A DNA stretch of 64,000 bases, from the NCBI RefSeq assembly GCF_016433145.1, contig NC_058132.1:392475429-392539428 (forward strand), in the 5' to 3' direction. Shown here in pieces: positions 36,671 to 49,699 of the stretch. Under the pieces are notes generated by a model. The model was not told where the DNA came from. It saw nothing but the letters and a program-made list of their open reading frames with translations, and made no database searches. Every line of letters starts with the position of its first letter. The first letter of the stretch is position 1. This stretch comes from Gracilinanus agilis. Taxonomy: Eukaryota. The translations under genes and the position numbers were made by a program.

Positions 36671-38069
36671 AGAAAGAATTGTACACTGTGTGGTTTATTT
36701 CATAATCATCTCATCTTCTCCTCTAATGCCTTTTTACAGTATATATCTAATGTGTTTATGTTTTTTCCACTTCTCAAAAATTTTCTGATGCTATTTAGGA
36801 AGGCTTAGATTTTCTGACAAAAGTAAATATCCTTTTTTCAGGAATTTGCATTTCAATAAGTGATAATAATTTAATCCAAAGGAATAAAACTCTAGAGGGA
36901 TATTCAAGGCATCAGAAAGAGTTTAGTAATGTAGATTGGTTTGGAAGGGCCTTCACAATGCCCTTGAACCATACCAAGAGTATTATATTTGATATGATTT
37001 ACTATGAGTCTGTATCTGCTAATTTATCAAAATAATACTCCTGGCATCACGATACAGGAGTTTTCTGGAAGTGAATTATTTAGCAAAAATTCAATGATTG
37101 AATTAGGTATATAAAGGGAAATGTATAGTATCAGAGGAAAAAATAAATATTCCTGTGAAATAGAACCTGATTATAATAACAAGAATTCTTTAAAAGTGAA
37201 GTTTCTGAGTAATAATGAATATTTTATATAGATTAACAAAAATCATTTAAAATTATAAAAATAGCAATATCTAAGTAAATAATTAAAAGAGAAAGTGACT
37301 ACAGAATCTTAAAAATGAACTTTATGATTTGCAAAGAACTTGGAGACTCAAATTCAAATTTCATACTTCCTCCTCTATGCTTCCACCATTTTGGAAAATG
37401 GGGAAAATGTATATTATATATATATATATACACATATATATGTTTTCCAAAATCATATATATATGGAAACTTTATAATACTACCTAGGCTTCTTAACAAC
37501 TTTTTGCTTTCCATTGACTCCTACTAGCACCAAATAACATTCTTTCTGTTTGGATTCCACTATTGGCATGTAAAGATAATTGGAAAATGTCTTGGCAGTC
37601 AAAATTATCACTTGAATATAAAGCCAGCCTGAAGACCATAGTACCCTATGCATACAGTTCTTTCCATATGTACTAACCAAATGGTTGCAAATGTCTGTTT
37701 TGGCTTTACTTTTCATATTTTAATTATTTGACTGATTTTTGTTCTTATTCCTGGGAATGCCTTTCTCTGACATTCTAGTCAAACTACCTGGGACATCTGT
37801 AGGTGAATCACCTGGTATAATATTTGGAGAAATATACTTTTATTTAATTGGTAATAACCCTCCAGAGTCCAGCACTCAGCAATGTTTCCTTCTTTTAATT
37901 TATAGTTTGTCTATTTTTTATATTTATTGAAAACATTTAATGAATACCTCCTATGTTTGAAGATGCTGCTGAAGGAGCTCTGGTAGCAAGAATTGAATAA
38001 GATACAGTCCTTCCTAACTAGGGGTTTCAATTGGAGTATTTTCTTTAGATAAGGTATCTTTAAGTAAAG

Positions 38070-38218
38070 NNNNNNNNNNNNNNNNNNNNNNNNNNNNNNN
38101 NNNNNNNNNNNNNNNNNNNNNNNNNNNNNNNNNNNNNNNNNNNNNNNNNNNNNNNNNNNNNNNNNNNNNNNNNNNNNNNNNNNNNNNNNNNNNNNNNNNN
38201 NNNNNNNNNNNNNNNNNN
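38070..38218. other. Assembly gap (N run)
   Basis: 149 N. Confidence 1.
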
Positions 38219-38294
38219 TGTGCTAAAGGAGTTTAGAAGAAGAAAGAGGAGTTAACAAAGGAAACAATAATTAGCTGGGAGGTGAAGGATGAAG

Positions 38295-39170
38295 ATCTCA
38301 TGTTGTGCATTATCCTCTCTATAAAGTTAATTCTCTGACTTTTTTTTTTGCTTTTTTTTTAAACCCTTAATTTCGGTATATTGTCTCATAGATGGAAGAT
38401 TGGTAAGGGTGGGCAATGGGGGTCAAGTGACTTGCCCAGGGTCACACAGCTAGGAAGTGGCTGAGGCCAGGTTTGAACCTAGGACCTCCTGTCTCTAGGC
38501 CTGACTTTCACTCCACTGAGCTACCCAGCTGCCCCCTAATTCTCTGATTTTTAAAAATCCAGCTCTATTCTCTCTTGTAACTTCAAGTGTCACATCTCTA
38601 ATTGTCTATTAGACAGTATAAAATTGGATGTCATGTAGACATCTTACACTTCAAATATCCAAAACTGAATTCATTATTTTCTCCCCAAAATACTCCCCTC
38701 TTCTACATGTCCCTAATTTTGTTGATGGCACAACCATCTTCTCCATAAACCATTCTTCTCACCTCTCTCCATATCCAAACTGGTGCCAATGACAGTCAAT
38801 TCTACTTTTTCAACACTTCCCACTTAAACCTCATTTTTTGGACCAGTACCTTTGTCCATGATCTAATCATCTCAGTCCTGGACTATTACAATATTTTGCA
38901 TGTTTTTCATTACATTCATTGCAATCATATGCAATTTTTCCCAGCCTCAAATCTTTTCTCATTTCAGGCAATTCTCCATGCCTCCATCAAACTGATTATC
39001 CTAAAGTGCAGACCGCATTACTCCATGCTCCCCATTTTGGTTGATTAACATTTAAAAACATTTCATTCATTAAACTAAAATGGTTCCCTATTAGCTCAAG
39101 GATCAGTTAGAAAATCTACTGTTGGCTTTCAAAACCCATGTACCCATAAGCTACCAATTCCTTATCTTCT
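38295..39170 (+). mobile_element. L2 ORF2 3' portion, interrupted by a SINE1_Mdo
   Basis: ccaaaactgaattcattattttctccccaaaa; ctggactattacaat. Confidence 0.75.
38341..38535 (-). mobile_element. SINE1_Mdo, full length
   Basis: Near-consensus; TSD taattctctga(c/t)tttt at 38328 and 38537. Confidence 0.92.
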
Positions 39171-40519
39171 GCTCCTTTGAAAAAAAAGTTTTTTATAATA
39201 TATTTATGTAGCATGTTAAGAATTGTACTTTATATAGCATGCATAGGAATGGACATTGAGGGAGGGGCATACTATGGAGCAAATGTAGGACTATTTTTGT
39301 GCTTCCTACCAATGTAAACTCAAAGCTAGGGACTGGTTTGCTTTTCTTGTTGAAATAATTATCTTATTTTTCACCTGGAATAAATAGTAATATAAACCAA
39401 AATAGCAATAAAAGTAGTTATTGCAAGCACTAGTTAATAATAAAAGTACTGGAAAGTTTCAAGACAAGAGACTGTTTCTTTAAGACAAAACTCATTGTTT
39501 CCATCAGCACTGATGCTTATCACTTGGATGTTTATATCTTGCTTCATTTGGGACATTTTATTGCACTCATCATTTGCTTTTTTGTATTATAGTTATCTAT
39601 ACATATGTCATATTATACTTACAGTTCCATGATACCAGGGTAATTTTTTATCTAAAATTTATAACTATATCTATGCTTAGCAAAGTGATCTGTGAGTATG
39701 AAGAATTAAATAAATATTGGTTGAATTGAATCAACCAAATTGAATTGAGCCCCTCAAGCCAGTTGAGTAAAGAGCTCAGCTCATAGTCATTAGGCATGTT
39801 GGTTTATTAGCATTTAACAACATTTCTCAACTTACAATATCATGTACTTGTATTCTCATTCTGCAGTTTAAGCATATTTCCTTCAAATGATAATCATGAA
39901 ATTAACTTTGTCAAAAAGAACAAGAAACTCATTCTTTATAATCCTAACTAACGAAGAGGAAAAATTGGACAGTTAATTAAAAATGAAGATTAATTTAAAA
40001 TCATTATTGGGACAACAAAAAGGCTAGTGGATGCAATGTTTCAAAAGATTAAAGAAGTGTATGTCACATTTATTATCTCTTAATATGTTTGAGTTTGCAA
40101 ATACCACCCTGGGAGACCAGAACCTGTCCACGAATGGGATAATTTGTTAGGTGACAGTGCCTGAATTATGCCTATTTGGTTCAATGCCTAAAGTATGGAT
40201 AAGTGAGAAAAGAACATGATCCATTTAATAATACCTCTTTTATGAAAGTATAATTGTTAGAGTAGTCAGAAAAAGTGACAGAGATATAGCAGGAAGAAAG
40301 GAAAAATACAGTACCAATGAATCCATGCATAAATGAAATAACTGAAATGAGGGTAAAAAGCATTCATTTCTCTTAGTATTCTTTTCGTTTTATATAAATC
40401 TTTTGTTTTCATATCACCTTTCCTTTAGAATGTGCCTTTGCTTCCTGCTTCCTCCTCCACTCCATCCTCAACAAGCAAACTCTAGTAACAAAGTGTTAAA
40501 AAGGCACAGAAGGAAAAAA

Positions 40520-41012
40520 ATAGCAGTGTAGTAAAATTTAATTCAATTCCTGCTTCAGACATATACTAGCTATGTGAACCTGGGCAAATTATGTAAATTT
40601 TCCAAGGCTCAGTTTCTTCATCTATAAAATGACTAGGACTTAACTCACAAGGTTGCTGTAAGGTGCAAATGAGAGAACATGTGTGAAACATTTTGCAAAT
40701 CTCAAAGCCCCAATTCAACAAATATCAGAAATTGAAATCTCAAATGCTTATTATCATTGTAGTTAGCTTTTATATAAGACTTTGATGTTTGCAAAGTACT
40801 GTTCATATGTTATCTCATTGGATCCTTATAACAAACCTCTAAAGTAGTTCCCATTATAATAATCCCCTTTTTATAAATGAAGAAACTGAATGTGTAAGAA
40901 ATTGAATTATTTGCACTGATTCACAAGACTAGCAATTGTCTAAAACTGTGCTTGAGGACTGGACTTTAGGACCCTAAGTCCAGTGCTCTCAGCCACTGTG
41001 CCACCTAGCTGC
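40520..41012. mobile_element. Tail-to-tail MIR pair (+ ~40520-40750, - ~40760-41012)
   Basis: CORE motifs in opposite orientations. Confidence 0.7.
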
Positions 41013-41510
41013 CATACTGATGATGGTTGATAATATTAGGTGTTATTATCATTATATTCAATACCGCCATTACTACTACTACTTCTACTTCTGCTTTGCC
41101 TCCTCCTCCTACTACTACTACCTCAGGGGTCTTGTACTCCCTAAAGAATGAAAGGGAAAATGGAAGGACATAAGTTTTCTCAGATCTTTTTTGGGCCAAA
41201 CAATCATTATAATCATATTTTCTTTTCTTTTCTTTTTTTAGTTTTCTTTTCTCTTTTTATTTATTTTATTTTATTTTAGTTTCTTTTCTGCTTTCACCTT
41301 CCATTGTTTTATTCATTGTATTTTTCATGAAATTAAAAATCAGTAGTAACATCCTCTAGGACAGTATTTGTGAAGGTTTTCAAGTTCATGTGCCCAAACT
41401 CCAACTTTAAGCTTCCTGTGAGTCCCCTTGCCTTACCCCAAAGAGTGGAGGGAGGAAGTGCTCACTTTGGGCAGCTGGACAGAAGGATGGGGCTTGCAAA
41501 AATTGTCATG

Positions 41511-41709
41511 GGGGGCAACTGGGTAGCTCAGTGGAGTGAGAGCCAGGCCTAGAGACAGGAGGTCCTAGGTTCAAATCTGATCTCAGACACTTCCCAGCTG
41601 TGTGACCCTGGGCAAGTCACTTGACCCCCATTGCCTACCCTTACCACTCTTCTGCCTTGGAGGCAATACACAGTATTGACTTCAAGACAGAAGGTAAGGG
41701 TTTAAAAAA
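41511..41709 (+). mobile_element. SINE1_Mdo, full length
   Basis: ggggcaactgggtagctcagtgg...gaaggtaagggtttaaaaaa; imperfect TSD aaaa(t)tgtcat. Confidence 0.93.
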
Positions 41710-41982
41710 TGTCATTGGGTACTGTCGAGATGGGGAATGGAGAAGCTCCTTGAGTGCCAGCTCTGCACATGTGCCAATACTTCACCAATGCTGCTCTAGG
41801 AACTATCTTGAGGCCAGCATAAATATAGCCAAATTATTCAATTGAATTGAATTTTTGAATTATACAATATTTTCATACAAATTAACTAATTTATAAAAGC
41901 AATGCTGTGCAATGAATAGACTGTCAGCCTTTGATACAGAGAGATCTGGGTTAAGTGTTACTATGAAAATATGTGAACTATC

Positions 41983-42220
41983 CAGGTGTAGGCTGGAGCC
42001 AACTCTACCCAGTTTAAAAAAGTCAATTCTTAAATTTTCAGTGTGAGCAATTTTACCTCAGATACTGGAAGTCTTTACAAATCAGGGCTTGAATTACTGT
42101 TTTTTTAATTGTCTAGACTTAAGAAAATAGAAACTATGCATATTTAACTTATGTGTTTGTGCAAACATTTTATTTTGCCACACTCAATCAAAGTGTTAAA
42201 CTTTTACCAGCACACCTCTG
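41983..42220. mobile_element. MER63-like (hAT-Blackjack) MITE
   Basis: caggtgtaggctggagcc...ttaccagcacacctctg ends; internal tacaaatcagggcttga and gtctagacttaagaaa. Confidence 0.75.
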
Positions 42221-44039
42221 TGTCCCCCCAAAATCCTTGCTGAGAGAGCAGAAATGTCGTAGAAGGATCAGGGGAAAAAGTCATCACTAGACTAGAGATA
42301 ACCATAGGATAATAATGATAGTAATGATAACATGCTCTACTCACATATTTATAGAGTACTTTAAGTTTTGCAAAGTATTTGAAATTCATTATTCCTTTAA
42401 GCCTCAACAAACTTCTACAGTTAAACATGGGCATGTTCTTCTCATGCAACAATAGATCTCAGTCAAAAAATAAATAAATATATAAACTCCCAAATCTTAC
42501 ACATGACTGTCTGATTGCTACGCATAACAAAGTCATATATCATAAAGCAAGGATACAGAAAGAACTTGACTTAGGTACAAATCGTGTGTTTTTCTCCTAA
42601 GTGTTATGGCTCAGCCCAAAAGTCTTAGAATGATGGCTGAGGCAGAGATTCAGAACAAGTCTGACTCAGAAAAGGAGCATGAGATGTGCCTGGATGGTCT
42701 AACCATAAACTCTGCTTCCAATGGAAAACTGAGCCACTTACTGCCAGTTCTCATATAGTAGACAATTTGAGAGGCAGAATAGTGATGTAGATATAACACG
42801 GTATTCCCTCAATTTGTCTTTTCTGCAGGAGCAGTAAACCAAACAAGACCACATCAAGAAAATTTCATAGGAAAGTCAGAGTATTATCATGCCCTTCACA
42901 GGGTTTATTTGGGTTTAAATCTCTTCCTGGAAAGAATTTAACCTAAGACCAAAAAAGTAATGAAGATGATATTAATAATTCTTCAACATGATGCATGATA
43001 TTGAGGTTATTTTGAGGAAGGATTTATGGTGGCAAAACTCTGCCTTTGGAGTCAACAATCCTGACTTCAATACCAGCTCTGCTACTATCTGTATCAAATT
43101 GCGTAAGTCACTTCACTTTTATGGTTCTTAATTTCTTTATCTAGAAAACAAGAAATAGGAGAAGGAGTTGGATGAGATGATCCTATCATAATATTACTTT
43201 GAAATAGTTATTATGTGAGAGGATTGCTATTGGAAGCTCTAGAAAATGTGTTCATAGGGATTTATGTTTAAAAAAAAAAAGGTGATTGCAAATGCATATC
43301 TGTGATTTCTGAAGTCTAGGAATGGCTTCTTTGACTTCCTCCTTCTGCCTTATTGATGACTCAAATTTCACCAAATTAATTATCCCTGGCCTGCCCCTAG
43401 CCCTCAGTTAAAATGGAAATGCCTTTTTGCCAGCACTAATACTTATCTATCATTTACACCTGAATGTGAAAAAGTTTATCACTCCTTCCTGGAAATATTA
43501 TTTTGATATAGGGAGGATTGAGAGAACATGAATAAGTTGTATGCTTGAGGGTAAGGGTTAGAGAAGACCTTAAAAACACAGAAAGGAGAGACTGGGTTTT
43601 CTTAAGATAAAGTTTTCTTATTTCACAAATTTGCCTAGGGGTGGCCTTACTCAATTACTTGCAAATATTTTGGAGGAGGAACATGGCAAATGCTACCCAA
43701 TTAAATGAAACAGGAAAATGCAGTGATAATTTTTTTAAAGAAGTATAGAAATAGTACTATAATTGGTGTTTGTAATTGGAAAAATAATGAAAAACTGAAA
43801 TTTAAGGAAAATGGAATAAAAAGCAATAAATAGAATGGTAGGATGATAGAATTAAAAAAATATACCTGTAACTGTTCTTTAATACAGTTATAAGAAACAA
43901 CATACAATTTATTTCTATTTAAGAAAAACATTTGATGTAGAATTATTTTTTCAACCAATAGAATTAAAATTAGACAGAAAAACCTGAATAATTTAAAAGA
44001 ATATAAACACTAATTTAATGACATTCTAAAGTATAACAA

Positions 44040-44797
44040 TAATAGTAATGATAACTACTTATGGTTATTATTTTTAGTTTACAAAGCACTTTATATATGT
44101 TGTCCCCTTTTTTACTCACCAGAACTTTGGTGATTAGGTGCTATTTTTATCTTCATTTTATGGATGAGGATAACTCAAGCAGACAGATATTAAGTGACTT
44201 ATCCAGGGTCACAGAACTAAAAAATACCTGAGGCTGAATTCAGATTTAGGTCTTTCTGAATTATAGTTCAGCATTCTCTACATTAAAACATCCACTTGCC
44301 TCAATAATTAGTCATTGGTATCAATAGTTATTAATAGCTTACCTTTATAGATTGCTTTGCACAGAGTTGGTTCCTCATGATATCCCATAAGATTGAGTGA
44401 TATCACTGAATTTTAGAAAATTTTACATTTGTAGTTGAGAAAGCCAAATTCCACTTTCTACCTATGACACCAATTGTGGAACTGGGGTGAATCACTTGTC
44501 CTCTAATAGCAATCTAGCGGGTTTGTAATGAAGATCAAAAGGGTGACATAAAATTCTTGGTCAACTTTCAAGTCCTATGTTCTAATTAATAGAGAGATTT
44601 CTAGGCATTAAGAAGGCCTAGGTTCAAATTGCTATTCTGACACATAATAGCGGTGTAAATCTGGACAAGTAAACTTATCTCTCAGGGCCGTGGAGAATCC
44701 TCAGACTATAAGGTAAAGAAGAGGTGTGGATCTGTTTTCCTAGAAGGGGTTTCTGCTTAGGATACTATTCCAGACCATTAAAATATCCTAGACCAGG
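44040..44797. mobile_element. Cluster of MIR (- ~44040-44300), MIR (+ ~44420-44570) and a marsupial CORE-SINE (+ ~44583-44797)
   Basis: CORE motifs, e.g. ttaagtgacttatccagggtcacag. Confidence 0.65.
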
Positions 44798-44801
44798 CAC
44801 A

Positions 44802-44832
<31 letters not shown>
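44802..44832. repeat. (GATT)n microsatellite
   Basis: Directly visible. Confidence 0.95.
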
Positions 44833-44944
44833 TTTAGACCTAGAAAAATGGCTAAGGCACTGAGTGAGAGATGAAGGATTTGCCCATAGTGACACAGCCA
44901 GAATATATCAGAAGTACAGCTTGAAGTCATTCTCCATTAATAAA

Positions 44945-45899
44945 TGGTCAAGGGATATGAATAGGTAGTTCTCAGATGAAGAAATCAAAACTGTCAATAA
45001 GCACATGAAAAAGTGTTCTAAATCCCTCCTGATTAAAGAAATGTAAATTTTTAAAAAACTCTGAGGTACCACTTTTTACCTAGCAGAGTAGCCAATATGA
45101 CAGCAAAGTAAAGTGATTAATGTTGGAGGGGATGTGGCAAAATTGGGACACTAATACACTGCTGGTAGAGTTGTGAATTGGTCCAAACATTCTGGAGGGC
45201 AATTTGGAGCTATGCGCAAAGGGTTTTAAAAGAATGCCCACCCTTTGACCCAGCCATGCCACTGCTGGGCTTGTACCCCAAAAAGATAATAAGGAAAAAG
45301 ACTTGTACAAAAATATTTATAGCCATGTTCTTTGTGGTAGCAAAACATTGGAAAATGAGGGGATGTCCATTGATTGGGAAATGGCTAAATAAATTGTGGT
45401 ATATGTTAGTGATGGAATACTATTGTGCTGAAAGGAATGATGAACTGGAGGAATTCCATGTGAACAGGAACAACCTCCAGGAATTGATGCAGAACAAGAG
45501 GAGCAGAACCAGGAGAACATTATTCACAGAGACTGATAAATTATGGTACAATTGATTATAATGGAATTCTTCTCTTTAGCAGCAAGGCAATGACCCAGGA
45601 CAATTCAGAGGAACTTATGAGAAAGAACGCTATTCACATCCAGAGAATGAACTGTGGAAATGGAAATGCGTTAGAAAAATATGTTATTGATCATGTAATG
45701 TGATAGGAATATGATTGAGGTTTTGATGTTAAAAGATCACTCTACTGCAGATATGAATGACATGAAAATAGGTTTTAAACAATGATACACATATAGCCCA
45801 GTGGAATTGCTTGTTGAATTTGGGAGGTGGGGAGAAAGAATAGGGGAGGAAGGAATCATGAATCATGTAACCGTGGGAAAATATTCTAAATTTAAAAAA
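44945..45899 (+). mobile_element. L1_Mdo-type 3' end (5'-truncated)
   Basis: ORF 45178-45555 resembles the ORF2 C-terminus (FDPAMPLLGLYPK, GKWLNKLWYM); 3' UTR and A-tail. Confidence 0.92.
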
Positions 45900-46534
45900 G
45901 GGGGGGGGAAGAAATAGGGCTTGAAATCAGTACAATATACTCAAAGGATCAGTATCTAGTAAGATGCTCCTCAAGACCAAGTGTTATTACATACATTTTT
46001 GGAAACAAAAATTCTACCCAGCTTGTGATAGAAATAAGATTTGAAATTGGGTTTTTTTGGTTTCCAATGTAGTCCTTTCCCCACCATAATCACAGTGCAT
46101 TGCTAGAGTATGAAGAAGAGACTTGGATATGCGCTGTTAAAATAAAAACATGATTTGTGAGTGTGGGGATGGCTAAAATGATGGAGAAATAACAGTTTTC
46201 TATTTAGAATATTTATATTTTATATACAGTCTGAAATACAATATAACAGTCTGAAATACAGCCCTATAAAGTTCCATTTTAGAAACTAAATTCATATACA
46301 TCTGTAGTGTTACATCTATCTTGAAATAGAAAATCCAACAACTCAAGCGCCACTCAAATGAAATAAAGATCATGTCTGTCCTTTTTTTCCCTTCATACCA
46401 TAATATTTCAAGAAATTAATGTCCATGAAAAAGCAAAGCAAAATATTATAATGTCATTGTCATATTACAGAAGCCTTTAGGAAGGGTCTTGGGACTAGTG
46501 CAAATTCAGCTAAGTAGTTAATTTAGGACCTGTG

Positions 46535-47052
46535 ATGTGAAGCCCATTGAACCCTTTCCAGGGCTGCTTTATATGTCTTTGGTGTCCCATCTTTCATCCA
46601 ATTCTCTCCTGTGGCTCAAAGAAGCTGTAGCATATGAAGCGGTCACACCCTGGTAAAACTGTCTCAACAGAGGTGCTAAACCAAGATGAAGGTAACCAAG
46701 AGTCCTCATGGCAGTGATTTAGGGCAATATCTACCTCAAGCATGTGAAGACTCTCCTAAGGCACTGGGTGGATGAGAATGATTTGTTCCAACTGTTATAA
46801 AGGTGGCAGAAGCAGGCAAAAGCTTTTAGAGCTTGGTCAGACATTGAGGATGCCAAAGTCAACAACAACATCCCAGGTCATCACCAGTAGTCCTGCTTTT
46901 TGTTTTGCTCCTGGAATTTGATGACTGGAAGAGAAGTGAGTTTTGAAGGCTTTATGTAACTCTGCCTCACTTAAATCCAATTTGTACACCGGTCAAGACA
47001 TCACCTTCATGATGTTGTCGGTCCTCTTTTAAATGAAGAATGAACAACATAA
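46535..47052 (+). mobile_element. RTE-related non-autonomous element (RTESINE/WALLSI-type)
   Basis: ctctgcctcacttaaatccaattt...gtcaagacatcacc...gatgttgtcggtcctctt...gaacaacat 3' end. Confidence 0.7.
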
Positions 47053-47124
47053 TTTGAAATAATGAAGGATTCTTTTTTTCAAAATACCATTTATTAGAAA
47101 GAGTTACACAATTCTGAGTAGCAA

Positions 47125-47330
47125 TATCTTATAGAGAGTAGAAGCTGGCTTTGGGGTCAAGAATAACTAGATTCTAGTTCTATCTCTAATGCATACTCAG
47201 TACAGATTTTAAATTCTCATTGTCCCGGGCAATTCTCTATGTCTGCAAATTATGGGCTAATTGTTGAGCTTCATTGAGGGATGTGATTTCCATTTTGGAA
47301 GTTACTTACCTGAATGAAATTAGAGATACT
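47125..47330 (+). mobile_element. Marsupial CORE-SINE (MIR3/Mar3-like)
   Basis: ctggctttggggtcaagaa...gggcaattctcta...tgaatgaaatt. Confidence 0.5.
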
Positions 47331-48327
47331 AAATACAAATTAAAGGAGGAGTGACTTTTAACAGTAAAGAGCAAACTATACCTTACTAATGTATCTTTGT
47401 GTATTTCTGCAACTCAAACTTCATCAGCTGATTGTTGGCCTCTGATGATGAGATTTCTACCCTAAGCTCCACTTATCCTAGTATGTTATACATTCTGTCA
47501 CCTGACCTTTGCAACTCACTGGAACCTGTCAGAGTTTGTATTCTGGGCTGGTTTTTAAAAACCTTAGATCATCAAGTGTTCACTTTGGGCAAAATGGTGA
47601 TGTGAAAAGTTCCAGAGAAATCGAGCTTCTTTTAGAATCACCTCTGGATTAAAGAGAAATAAATACAAAAGAGGCAGATGAGGAAAAACCAGGAGAGATG
47701 AAGAAAAATGAACTAAGAAGAATATCAGTGACACAATCCACAAGAGATTATAAAGGCAGAAATAAAGAGAAAAGGAGAAACAGAGGCAGAGAGATGACAA
47801 AAATAAAGCATTTTATAAAATCCACATATTCACTAATATGGTTGGCCTTGTGTCCCCTATCCTCCACTATGAAGCCATATCCAGTATTCTGTGAAGGGTC
47901 AGGATAAAGAGAAAGAATTTTAGTCTCAGTATTTTAATCCCTAGATCTTCCAACCCATCTATCATTGTTGCAAGAAGCAGCACCTGACCCTGAATATCAG
48001 TCCACATCATTCCAATCTAGGATTGAGGAGCTGCACAGACTTGGATCCAAGGCTCAATTGCCTCAGACAAAGATCAGTACATGGGATAGGTCCCTATCAT
48101 GATTACACCTAACAACTCTTACTGTAGATGCTATAGCCTTCACCAACTAAACAACCACAGTTACACAAAATTCAAAAAAGAAATAACTTGACCATTGGTA
48201 CTGTCAAATGTTTAAAAATCAGAAAGACATTATTTTATCAGCCAAAACAAAATAATTTAAAAAGCTTATTACTTTTTAAATGTTATAAATCAATAAATCA
48301 ATTAAAATAAATCAATAAAAATAAGAA

Positions 48328-48540
48328 GGACCTAGGTGGCTCAGTAGAAAGAGATCTAGGTCTAGAGATGGGAGATCCTAGGTTCAAATCTGAATTTAGA
48401 CAATTCTAGATATGTGATCCTGGGCAAGTCACTTAACCTCCATTGCCTACTTCTTGCTCATCTTCTACCTTGGAACCAATATACAATATTAGTTCTAAAT
48501 CAGAAGGTAAAGGTTTAAAATAAATGAATAAATAAATGAA
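48328..48540 (+). mobile_element. Older didelphid tRNA-SINE (SINE2_Mdo-like)
   Basis: ctaggtggctcagtag...cttggaaccaatatac...gaaggtaaaggtttaaaa. Confidence 0.85.
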
Positions 48541-48999
48541 AATTCCATTTAAAACATTTTTTAAAAAATGGTATATTACCATCTACTTTAATGATATACC
48601 TTAAGGATTGTGGGATCTTTCCATCTGATCTGGAACTGAAACATCTTTTATATATTGTCTTCCTCATTAGAATAAGAGGTACTGAAGAATGGGAACTATC
48701 TCTGATTTTCTTTTTTGTATCTCTAATATTCAACAATAACTTGAACATAAATTCTTAAGAATTTATTTTTCATTCATTTATTCATTCACTCATTCAAGAA
48801 ATTAGTATCATTTTGGCTTATTGACTGAACTTCTTTGGCCTCAGGATTGAGTTCCTTGTGGCTAATATGAGTCTTCCTGTCCCACTCCAAGTCTTTACCC
48901 TGAGAGATTAGGGTAATAATAGCTACAATAAATATAAAATCAAAGGAAGTTGAAAAGAAATAGGAAGGAGTGGCACCTTTGACCACTAACTCACTAACT

Positions 49000-49670
49000 C
49001 TTACAGAAAGGTTGAATATATAAGCAAACAAAACTTAATATGATAATGAAACACAATGCATTAGGAGAGAAGCTAACCAAAGTTCAATAAGAAAAGAACT
49101 CTAAAATCATAAACATATTTGTGGGAAATAAATAGGTCTATAGACAATGGAATGAATTAAAATGATAAATAAATAATGAAATTAAGAACTCTGAAGGAGA
49201 ACAAATAACTTAAGCAGAATCTGGAAAACCTAAAACAGGGAATAGATAGCCTATAAGGAGAATGGAGCAAACAGAACAAAAAAATCAGTGACATAATAGG
49301 AAATATTGAGACAAAACCAAAAGACTGAAAAATTAGAAAAAAATGACATATTTACTATAAAAGACAACTGACATATAATCATGAAATGAGAAATCACTTA
49401 AGAATTTATGGAGTACTTGAAAACCATCATAAAAAAAACAAAACTTGGATGCTGGATTTAAATAAATCACAAGGAAAAATGTTTTATGTTAGTAGAATTG
49501 AGGGAAAAAATGAAAATAGGCAGAATTGACAGGTTGATAGCTGAAAAATTAACACATACAGATTTGTGAATGCTAAATTCTGGATTTTCTAGGTCAAGCG
49601 GAAAATACTCCAAGGGAATAATAAGTCAAATACCAAGGATCCACATTCTAGATCATACAGCATTGTGAAG
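49000..49670 (+). mobile_element. Old L1 ORF1 remnant
   Basis: A-rich coiled-coil-like region; ttaagaatttatggagtacttgaaa (LRIYGVLE). Confidence 0.6.
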
Positions 49671-49699
49671 TTAAAATGAAAAAGGAAAAAGGAAATTGG

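Noticed and set aside
45080-45555. 125-aa ORF and antisense ORFs
   Set aside because: C-terminal remnant of L1 ORF2 in a 5'-truncated element
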